DNA of 64,000 nucleotides from Macrostomum hystrix (lineage: Eukaryota; Animalia; Platyhelminthes), in contig CATNEN010000039.1 of the NCBI GenBank assembly GCA_950097015.1, positions 15,190,001 through 15,254,000 of the forward strand, read 5' to 3'. A program made the position numbers and the translations under genes. Shown here piece after piece: positions 35,381-43,959 of the stretch (within the stretch, counting starts at the first letter, position 1; every line of letters starts with the position of its first letter). The notes beneath the pieces are model-generated. The model saw nothing but the letters and a program-made list of their open reading frames with translations, was not told the origin of the DNA and searched no databases.

Positions 35381-37230
35381 GGGTTGTTGTTGCTGCTGCT
35401 GCTGATGTTTCTGTAATGGATGCTGATAGGGTTGTTGTTGCTGCTGCTGCTGATGTTTCTGTAATGGATGCTGATAGGGTTGTTGTTGCTGCTGCTGCTG
35501 ATGTTTCTGTAATGGATGCTGATAGGGTTGTTGTTGCTGCTGCTGCTGCTGTTTCTGAAATGGATGCTGATAGGGTTGTTGCTGCTGCTGCTGATGTTTC
35601 TGTAATGGATGCTGATAGGGTTGTTGTTGCTGCTGCTGTTTCTGAAATGGATGCTGATAGGGTTGTTGTTGCTGCTGCTGCTGATGTTTCTGTAATGGAT
35701 GCTGATAGGGTTGTTGTTGCTGCTGCTGCTGATGTTTCTGTAATGGATGCTGATAGGGTTGTTGTTGCTGCTGCTGCTGCTGTTTCTGAAATGGATGCTG
35801 ATAGGGTTGTTGCTGCTGCTGCTGATGTTTCTGTAATGGATGCTGATAGGGTTGTTGTTGCTGCTGCTGTTTCTGAAATGGATGCAGATAGGGTTGTAGT
35901 TGCTGCTGCTGCTGATGTTTCTGTAATGGATGCTGATAGGGTTGTTGTTGCTGCTGCTGTTTCTGAAATGGATGCTGATAAGGTTGTTGTTGCTGCTGCT
36001 GCTGTTTCTGTAATGGATGCTGATAGGGTTGTTGTTGCTGCTGCTGCTGATGTTTCTGTAATGGATGCTGATAGGGTTGTTGTTGCTGCTGCTGCTGATG
36101 TTTCTGTAATGGATGCTGATAGGGTTGTTGTTGCTGCTGCTGCTGCTGTTTCTGAAATGGATGCTGATAGGGTTGTTGCTGCTGCTGCTGATGTTTCTGT
36201 AATGGATGCTGATAGGGTTGTTGTTGCTGCTGCTGTTTCTGAAATGGATGCAGATAGGGTTGTAGTTGCTGCTGCTGCTGATGTTTCTGTAATGGATGCT
36301 GATAGGGTTGTTGTTGCTGCTGCTGTTTCTGAAATGGATGCTGATAAGGTTGTTGTTGCTGCTGCTGCTGTTTCTGTAATGGATGCTGATAGGGTTGTTG
36401 TTGCTGCTGCTGTTTCTGTAATGGATGCTGATAAGGTTGTTGTTGCTGCTGCTGCTGTTTCTGTAATGGATGCTGATAGGGTTGTTGTTGCTGCTGCTGT
36501 TTCTGTAATGGATGCTGATAGGGTTGTTGTTGCTGCTGCTGCTGTTTCTGTAATGGATGCTGATAGGGTTGTTGTTGCTGCTGCTGTTTCTGTAATGGAT
36601 GCTGATAGGGTTGTTGTTGCTGCTGCTGTTTCTGAAATGGATGCTGATAAGGTTGTTGTTGCTGCTGCTGCTGTTTCTGTAATGGATGCTGATAGGGTTG
36701 TTGTTGCTGCTGCTGTTTCTGTAATGGATGCTGATAAGGTTGTTGTTGCTGCTGCTGCTGTTTCTGTAATGGATGCTGATAGGGTTGTTGTTGCTGCTGC
36801 TGTTTCTGTAATGGATGCTGATAGGGTTGTTGTTGCTGCTGCTGCTGTTTCTGTAATGGATGCTGATAGGGTTGTTGTTGCTGCTGCTGTTTCTGTAATG
36901 GATGCTGATAGGGTTGTTGTTGCTGCTGCTGCTGTTTCTGTAATGGATGCTGATAGGGTTGTTGTTGCTGCTGCTGTTTCTGTAATGGATGCTGATAGGG
37001 TTGTTGTTGCTGCTGCTGCTGTTTCTGTAATGGATGCTGATAGGGTTGTTGTTGCTGCTGCTGTTTCTGTAATGGATGCTGATAGGGTTGTTGTTGCTGC
37101 TGCTGCTGCTGTTTCTGTAATGGATGCTGATAGGGTTGTTGCTGCTGCTGTTGCTGTTTCTGTAATGGATGCTGATAGGGTTGTTGTTGCTGCTGCTGTT
37201 TCTGTAATGGATGCTGATAGGGTTGTTGTT
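35381..37230. repeat. Minisatellite with 39-48-bp units: GGGTTGTTGTT(GCT)nGTTTCTGTAATGGATGCTGATA
   Basis: Tandem array. The same unit resumes at 41719-41900, 43873-43960 and 46420-46460. Confidence 0.95.
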
Positions 37231-37264
37231 TCTTTCTTTCTTTCTTCTTCAGACCGCGCCCAAG

Positions 37265-40200
37265 TCAGAACAGCGGTTCTGATAGGGGCGGGGGCGGCCA
37301 GCGCCCCATGCTCCGCAGGAGGGAAATGGCCTTGCCGGGCTGGCGCAGGAGCTCCTGGTGGTCTGTGCCAACCAGGGCAAGGCGCTTTGCGTCGCCCCGA
37401 GGGCAGTAGAATATGGCGTGTTGCGGCGTGTCCACGGCTCCGCAGTCGGCGCAGAGTTCGTGTTCCGCGAGGCCGAAGCGGTGCAGCGTCTCGCGGCAGA
37501 GGGTTGTCGCGTTCGCACGCAGTTGGTTAGCAAACACGGTTTCAGCACGGTTGCGAGCATCCCCGAAGGTCGGCCAGGTGGCGCTAGGGAGGCTGCGCGC
37601 GTCAAGCCTTTGCCGCTCTCGTCGAATGGCGGCTTTGGCCGTGTCCAGCGGGATGCCTACGTCGAATTGCTCGAGGAGTACCGCCTCGTTTGCCAGCCCG
37701 TCCGCGACCTCGTTGAGCTCGAGACCGCAGTGGGCTGGCACCCAGCACAGTTCGACCCTTCTCGAAGTGCGGAGGAGATGGTGCCAGCAGGAGCGGCCGA
37801 GATCTGTCCGCTGCAGCAGGGGGCCAGCTTGGAGGGCCTGCAGAGCGCTGAGGCTGTCCGAGTGCACTCGTGCAGTTGCCCCTAGCTCTGGCGGCAGGTC
37901 GGCGATGGTGGAGAGGGCCTCACGGAGGGCGCAGAGCTCGGCCTGGAAGCTGCTGCATAGTTGCCCCGCAGCGGTGCGGCGTATGAGGCTCTGGGTCCGG
38001 CTGATAACGACGGCGGCGCCCCCGCCCGGGCCGGTGCCGTCCCGCACCGATCCGTCGGTCCAGGCCTCGATGTCGGTCGGTTGGCGGTCTGCAAGGGCCC
38101 GACGCGCTGCCTCCGCCCGGGCCTCCGGTCCGTCGGACCGGGTGGCTGCTCTGGCGACGTCCAGGTCGAAGGTGACGTGGTCATTCCGGGCGTCCCAGGG
38201 TGCACACCCCAGCTGCGTGTCGATGCGAGGGAGGCCGTCCAGGACCTGGCATACGTCGAGCTCGGTGGCTGCGCGGCGCCAGCAGCCTCGGAATGGGCGC
38301 GTGAGGTCGCGCACGTCGACTAGGGCCCCCGACGTGTAGGCGGTAGTGTCCGCACCGCGCTCAGCTTGATTGCGGAGGTAGGCCTCATGGCAGCGGCTTT
38401 TAAGTCGGGGCTGGGTGTCGCGGCTAAGGCTGATGCGGGCTGGCGTATCGGCGGGGAGGCGTAGGACCCTCTCGCGCAGGCAGGCGGCCCTTTCGGTGAC
38501 CAGGTGGCTGAACGGCGTTAGGTCAGCCAGCTTGAGGACTGCTCTAGAATCCGATGGGAGGATGCAGCCCGTGATGGCCCGGGCGCAGGCCAGCTGCTGG
38601 CGCTCGATGGCGAGGCGTGTGGACGGCGCAGCGCCTGCAGCCCAGACTGCACATCCGTACTCAGCGACCGGGCGGATTGTGCTGACATACGCGGTGCGTA
38701 GGGTACGCATGTCTGCCCCGGTTGTGCGGTGGCTAATCGCGACCAGGGCTCGGCGGCGGCTGGCCATTCGGCTCTTGACGGCGGCTGCGTGTCGGCCGAA
38801 GGTGAGCTGATCGTCGAGCTTGACGCCCAGGAAGGTGGGGGCGTCTTCGAAGGCGAGGGGCGCGCCGTTAATACTGAGGTTTACACGCTTTTTCCCCCTG
38901 GTCTCACGTGCATCTAGGCTGAAAGTGCCATAGACGCATTTGCTTGTGCTCAGTACGACCTTCCAGGTGCGGCACCAGTCTGCCGCGGCGTCCAGGGCTG
39001 GCTGGAGGAGGCGAGCACAATCGTCGAGGCTGCGGGCGGTGGCCAGCAGAGCCGAGTCGTCGGCGAAAAGACTCGAAGCGCAAAGTGGGGCTGCCCGCGT
39101 GATGCAATCCTCGAGATCGTTAACAAAGGCGATCCACAGGAGCGGGGCAATCACGCTGCCTTGTGGGAGGCCCTCGCGGAAAATGCGTTCTTTGCTTATG
39201 CAGCGCCCCCAGCGGACCTGGGCCCGCCGGTCGGTCAGGAAACCGCGGATCCACCGGATGGTGCAGGTTGGGACGCCCAACCGGGCGAGTTTGGCGAGCA
39301 GGGCTTTGCGCCACACCTTATCGTAGGCGCACTTAAAGTCCAGCAGGCATAGGATCGCTCGGTGGGCTGGGTGGTGCTCCAGGGCGTCCAAGATGTCCTG
39401 GCAGACTCGGCCGATCTGCTCTTCCGTGGAGCGTCTTTGGCGGAAGCCTGCCTGGCTGTTGCATAGTAGATTGTTAGACTCCAGGAAGTGGCGCAGTCGC
39501 AGCATGACCATACGCTCCGCTACTTTGGCTACCGTGCTGGTTAGTGCAACGGGGCGGTAGGAGTCCGGCTTGTTGGCGTCCTTGCCGCGTTTTGGGATCG
39601 GGACAATGAGGCTGCGTCGCCACTGAGTTGGGCAGGCGCCTTCCAGCCACGACTTGTTGATGAGGTTGAGCGCTCTGTCTTGGGTAGATGGCGGCAGGTG
39701 CTTAAGCATGCTGTTGTGGATAGAGTCTTGGCCTGGTGATTTGCCGGGCTTGAGGGCCCGGAGTGCCGTTTGGAGCTCCACCAACGTGAAGGGTGCGCAC
39801 ATGCCTGCCCTTTGGCAGTGGCACTCGGCATGCGTGGCCGCGTGCGCCTCCCGGTTAATCGGGCGGTCCTGTGTGCTGCGTTCAACGCGTGATACGCTGC
39901 TGTACAGTTGGCAGAAGAGTTCTGCTTTTTCCAAGTCGGTCCGGGCTGGGCGGCTAGGCGGGTGTCCGCCTATTTGCGTCCGCTCGATGGCGACGCTTGA
40001 GCGTGGTGGTGGCCTGTCGCCGTACATGTTTCGGAGGAGTCCGAATAGGTCGCTGTTGACGTCGAGCTCTGCCGTCAGATCCTGCCAGGCGGTCTTTTTA
40101 GCCTCCCGGATGGTGCGGCGGTAGTGGGCTCTAGCGGTGCTGTAAGTTGCGATTTTGGCCTCGATTGGGTCTGATTCCGCGTCGAGGCGGGCACGCGCGC

Positions 40201-41662
40201 AGCTGCTTTTGGCGGCCTCGCAGTCCGCCGTCCAGAAAGGTTTGCGTGGGCCACGGCGGGCGCCGCGTGGGATGTTGTGTCCTGCGGCTCGCAGGATGTC
40301 GTGGCCGAGCTCGCTATGGAGCTGGTCGAGACCCGCAGTTTCACTGCGGGTTGCCGCCCTTTCGAGGTCCAGCTGTGTTAGTTCGTCCTTGAAAGCTGCC
40401 CAGTCTGCTTTGGCGAAGCTCCAGCGAGGGGCGCCGCGGCTCTGGCGGTTTCCGCTGGGGCGTAGCAGTGGGAAACTGATGGGCAGGTGGTCAGATCCGG
40501 CCTCCCCCTCAGTGCGCCAGTCGCTCGCGACAGTGCGGTGCATCGCGGCGGAGCACCAGGTGAGGTCCGGGGCGGATCGGCCCCCGGTGGCCGGGTTAGT
40601 CCTGGTGTGCTTGCCGTCGTTGGCGATGGTGAGCTGGTTGAGACCTGCCCAGGCCTCCAGGATCCGTCCGCGTTCATCTTCTTCTTGGTACGCGTCCCAG
40701 GTGCCGTGCCCGTTAAAGTCCCCTCCGATTACCGAACGGTGGTGCTGCGGGATCAGGTGGAGTGGCGGTTGCCAGTTGTCCTGGCGTTGGGCACTGGTTG
40801 GTGGCGCGTAGACCGACGAGAGCATGATGTCGTGGTCCTTTCTGGGCGATATGATGGTCGTGGCAATGTCAAGGAGGCCGCGGGAGCTATCGTCCGGTTT
40901 TGGTGTCTCTTGGCACGGGATATCGCAGCGGACCAGAATGAGGGTGCCCCCCCTCCCCGCGCCTGCGCCTGGTTGTTTGTTGCGGCGGGTGGCGGCTTGG
41001 CGTTCGGGCGCCGCTGCGGTCGCGGCTGCAAGGGCAACGACGGGCTGCTGCTGTGGCATTGGTGTAGGCCGTGTGGTCGGCCACGGCTCGTTGCGGCGGT
41101 TGCAGGCTGAGCGGCCTGAGCGGCAGCCTGCACACCACTCAGTGGCCCTGCCGTCCGGCCACCGAAGGCGGCACCGTGGGCGGGTTTGCTGGCGCCTGTG
41201 CACGGCTTCTGGGGCAATGCTTGACTGGTCTAACGGTAGTGGTTGGTCCGGTGTGGTGGCTGGCTGGAGCAGGTCCGGCTTGGGTAGGCCATCGCAGCGT
41301 GCGGCGACGCAGTACCCTTCCGGTGGGTGGTAGGTTTGCCCCGGCTTGAGCTTGGTTTCCTGCAGGAGAGCCGCTGCTGGTTTGTGACGGTGGAGCCACG
41401 CGGCCAACTCCGTGGAACGGGCTTTGATGCCGTTGCAGTTGAACTGCAGAACACGAAGTAGATGGCCGGGCTCCTCCCCGTCACTGGGTCGCTGGCGGCA
41501 GTGGGGGCGGCGGCGCCGTGGGCGGCGGCGGCTGGCTTGTGGCGCCTCGCCACCGCGAAGGCGCAGCACGAGGTGCAATTCGTCCCCCTCGGCAGGTAAT
41601 GTTAATGGAAGTGTCCGGTATTTGTTGCGGAGGCTTGTCTGAGTGGTAGAGCAATTAGTCAT
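37265..41662 (-). CDS. LINE polyprotein (1465 aa): ubiquitin-tail leader, APE endonuclease, reverse transcriptase, RNase H, C-terminal zinc motif
   Basis: Endonuclease: QFNCNG, LQETKL, GGDFNGH, SAPDLT, GSDHLPI. RT: SYRPVALTS, QAGFR, GLPQGSVIAP, FADD, FLG. RNase H: WTDGS, ELCAL, SDSLS, WVPAHCG..NEVAD. Zinc motif CADC...H...C. Confidence 0.95.
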   Translation of the reverse strand: MTNCSTTQTSLRNKYRTLPLTLPAEGDELHLVLRLRGGEAPQASRRRPRRRRPHCRQRPSDGEEPGHLLRVLQFNCNGIKARSTELAAWLHRHKPAAALLQETKLKPGQTYHPPEGYCVAARCDGLPKPDLLQPATTPDQPLPLDQSSIAPEAVHRRQQTRPRCRLRWPDGRATEWCAGCRSGRSACNRRNEPWPTTRPTPMPQQQPVVALAAATAAAPERQAATRRNKQPGAGAGRGGTLILVRCDIPCQETPKPDDSSRGLLDIATTIISPRKDHDIMLSSVYAPPTSAQRQDNWQPPLHLIPQHHRSVIGGDFNGHGTWDAYQEEDERGRILEAWAGLNQLTIANDGKHTRTNPATGGRSAPDLTWCSAAMHRTVASDWRTEGEAGSDHLPISFPLLRPSGNRQSRGAPRWSFAKADWAAFKDELTQLDLERAATRSETAGLDQLHSELGHDILRAAGHNIPRGARRGPRKPFWTADCEAAKSSCARARLDAESDPIEAKIATYSTARAHYRRTIREAKKTAWQDLTAELDVNSDLFGLLRNMYGDRPPPRSSVAIERTQIGGHPPSRPARTDLEKAELFCQLYSSVSRVERSTQDRPINREAHAATHAECHCQRAGMCAPFTLVELQTALRALKPGKSPGQDSIHNSMLKHLPPSTQDRALNLINKSWLEGACPTQWRRSLIVPIPKRGKDANKPDSYRPVALTSTVAKVAERMVMLRLRHFLESNNLLCNSQAGFRQRRSTEEQIGRVCQDILDALEHHPAHRAILCLLDFKCAYDKVWRKALLAKLARLGVPTCTIRWIRGFLTDRRAQVRWGRCISKERIFREGLPQGSVIAPLLWIAFVNDLEDCITRAAPLCASSLFADDSALLATARSLDDCARLLQPALDAAADWCRTWKVVLSTSKCVYGTFSLDARETRGKKRVNLSINGAPLAFEDAPTFLGVKLDDQLTFGRHAAAVKSRMASRRRALVAISHRTTGADMRTLRTAYVSTIRPVAEYGCAVWAAGAAPSTRLAIERQQLACARAITGCILPSDSRAVLKLADLTPFSHLVTERAACLRERVLRLPADTPARISLSRDTQPRLKSRCHEAYLRNQAERGADTTAYTSGALVDVRDLTRPFRGCWRRAATELDVCQVLDGLPRIDTQLGCAPWDARNDHVTFDLDVARAATRSDGPEARAEAARRALADRQPTDIEAWTDGSVRDGTGPGGGAAVVISRTQSLIRRTAAGQLCSSFQAELCALREALSTIADLPPELGATARVHSDSLSALQALQAGPLLQRTDLGRSCWHHLLRTSRRVELCWVPAHCGLELNEVADGLANEAVLLEQFDVGIPLDTAKAAIRRERQRLDARSLPSATWPTFGDARNRAETVFANQLRANATTLCRETLHRFGLAEHELCADCGAVDTPQHAIFYCPRGDAKRLALVGTDHQELLRQPGKAISLLRSMGRWPPPPLSEPLF

Positions 41663-41718
41663 CTGGAGCTTGCTCCAGTTGTTCAGGGACCCGGCGTGAA
41701 CGGTGCTCCTTTGTCCCC
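41648..41718 (-). ncRNA. HDV-like self-cleaving ribozyme at the LINE 5' end
   Basis: On the - strand: P1 GGGGAC/GTCCCT (G1-U wobble), P2 GGAGCA/TGCTCT, P3 CCG/CGG, L3 TTCACGC, P1.1 TC/GA, P4 CTGGAGC/GCTCCAG, J4/2 CTAA holding the catalytic C. G1 sits exactly at the TSD junction. Confidence 0.88.
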
Positions 41719-41904
41719 AGGGTTGTTGTTGCTGCTGCTGCTGTTTCTGTAATGGATGCTGATAGGGTTGTTGTTGCTGCTGCTGTTTCTGTAATGGATG
41801 CTGATAGGGTTGTTGTTGCTGCTGCTGCTGCTGTTTCTGTAATAGATGCTGATAGGGTTGTTGTTGCTGCTGCTGCTGTTGTTGTTGTTGTTGTTGTTGT
41901 TGCT

Positions 41905-43872
41905 AATCTGCACGTCGCATCAAAGCTGTTCCTTCTTGTTCCACTCCTTCTTCAGCCACTCCCAGTACCTGAGGGCCCCGGACTCGTTAGCCCAGAGGTC
42001 CGAGAGTGACATGACGTCCAGGTTCTGCCGGATCTGCCAGGTGGCTGGGCAGTCCACCAGATGGGTGACCGTCTCCTCAGCCGTGCCGCAACTGCGGCAG
42101 GTGTCGACCTCGGCCTTGCCTATTCGCACTCTGTAGCTGTTACGTTCTAGCGAGTGGCCGCTGCGGAATCTCTGGAAGCTCACCGCTTCGGCCCTGCTGC
42201 TGAAGCTGACTTTGCTACGGTTCGTGGCCGTCCCATAGGTGCGCTTGGACCCGTCATGCGTCCAGGTCGGGGCAGCTAGGGCCTGGTTCACCATGTAGCG
42301 AACGGTGCTAGCAGGTATCGGCTGCTGGTCCTGGTTGCCACTTGCTGCTTCCGCAGCGGCTTTATCCGCCGCCTCATTTCCAGCGTGACCGCAGTGCGCT
42401 GGGATCCAGGCTAAGCTGATCTCCTTGCCTTTTTCCTTCAGCGTCGTGACCTGCTCCCGGATCTGCCTGGCGAGAGGGTGGCCGCTGTCCCCCCCGAGTG
42501 CTTTCAGCGCACTTTGGCTCTCCGTGAGGATGGCGGCCCGGCTCCATTGGGCTTCCGTGCCGAGCAGCCACCTGGTAGCCTCCCGCAGTGCCGTCAGCTC
42601 CACCATCATGGAGCTGCATGGGCTGCCCGCGGGCGCGCGGAGCGTGATCAGTGGTATATTGGCCTGATCCTTGGCGTAAATTACGGCACTTCCGCCTCCT
42701 CTCCCCTCTCTCACTGATCCGTCGGTGTAGATGATCAGATCCGCATTGCTAGACCTCCTGGCCGTCTCGTCCGCCTTGGCTCTGTCCTCTTCAATGTTGC
42801 CGCATCTGCTGCCTTGTGCCCGGACCTCGGTCTCGTGCCAAGCGCTCCAAGGGGCCGTCGGCAGTTCGTCCGCAAGCCGGGTGATGCCATCAGCCTTTGC
42901 CTGGCGGAGCCCAGCTAGCGCCTGGGCCCGCCAGCCGAGGCGGCGCAGGCGTTGTCTGGGCGCTTCATGGGCCAGCTGCCAGCGCTTAGAGTGGGGGTCG
43001 GTGCGGCTGAGTCTGTCCCACTTGATCGCCCAGATGCTCCGGCAGACTTCTTGCACCGGTTGGAGCTCGCTCTCCGCTTTCAGCGCATCGATCGGGGTGG
43101 TGGCCATCAGCCCGGTGATGATGCGCTGCGCTGCTCTTTGGACGATCTCGATACGTTGCCATAGTTCCTGGCTGATCCAGGGCGACCAAGCCGCGCTTCC
43201 GTATAGGAGCTTGGTTCTGATGACCGCTATGTACGTTTGCCGGAGGAGCTTGGCATCCCAGCCCCAGTCGGAGCCCGCTAGCTTGCGCAGCAGGTTTAGG
43301 CGGCGTCTGCAGGCTTCCGTGATTTCGTTCAAGTGCGGCCGGAAAGAGAGTTTTCTGTCAAAAGTGACTCCCAGGAATTTGGGCGTGTCTACCCACTGAA
43401 GCGGCGAGTCGTTGAGGAGGACTGGTTCCAGCGGGGGGCGGGCCGCCGGGTCGCTGGAGAAAAGCGTGAGCGAACACTTTCCTGTCGCCACCGGCATCTT
43501 CCAGCGTCTGCTCCATTCTGCAATGATGTCTATCGCTCTGCGGTTGATGTCCGTTGCTCTTTGCACGCCAGCGTCGCTGGCCCAGGTAGCGAGGTCGTCG
43601 GCGAATCCGCTGGTGTTGAGGCCTGGTACCTGATCAAGCTCCTCTAGCAGGTCGTCCATATACACCACGAAGAGAATGGGGGACAGCAACGAGCCTTGCG
43701 GCAGCCCTTGGTAGAAGATACGCTTCCTACTGTCCACCCCCCCCCGACCCGGACCGTCGCCAGTCTGTTGCACAGCCAGCCTCGCAGCCAGCGTATGATG
43801 GTTGCACAGATACCTTTCTGCTGGAGCTTCCAGAGCAGACCGTCCCTCCAGACCTTGTCGAAGACCCTCTGG
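41905..43872 (-). mobile_element. 5'-truncated I-group LINE (RT C-terminal half, RNase H, zinc motif)
   Basis: ORF 41920-43773 contains GLPQGSLLSP, FADD, KFLG, YTDGS, WIPAHCG..NEAAD and CRSC...H..DC. Frameshift at the poly-C near 43740. The (CAA)n tail merges into the satellite. Confidence 0.9.
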
Positions 43873-43959
43873 TGCTGCTGCTGCTGCTGCTGTTTCTGTT
43901 ATGGATGCTTATAGGGTTGTTGTTGCTGCTGCTGCTGCTGTTGTTGTTGTTGTTGCTGA

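Larger units (their letters stand above)
37231..41718 (-). mobile_element. Full-length Ingi/I-group non-LTR retrotransposon
   Basis: 12-bp TSD AGGGTTGTTGTT (37219-37230 / 41719-41730), (GAA/GAAA)n 3' tail, a single intact APE-RT-RNase H ORF, and a 5' HDV-like ribozyme. Confidence 0.93.

Noticed and set aside
35215-37530. 771-aa ORF (VVVAAAADVSVMDADR)n
   Set aside because: It starts inside the BEL LTR, runs through a triplet-based minisatellite and ends antisense in a LINE. It is a stop-free repeat artefact.
41549-41662. A complete ubiquitin or UBL domain fused to the LINE
   Set aside because: Only 38 codons are available and similarity is limited to the last 10 residues. Upstream lie an in-frame stop, the ribozyme and the satellite.
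41683-41730. NPG...PGP peptide resembling a 2A motif upstream of the LINE ORF
   Set aside because: It does not match DxExNPGP, spans the satellite/ribozyme junction and is followed by a stop.
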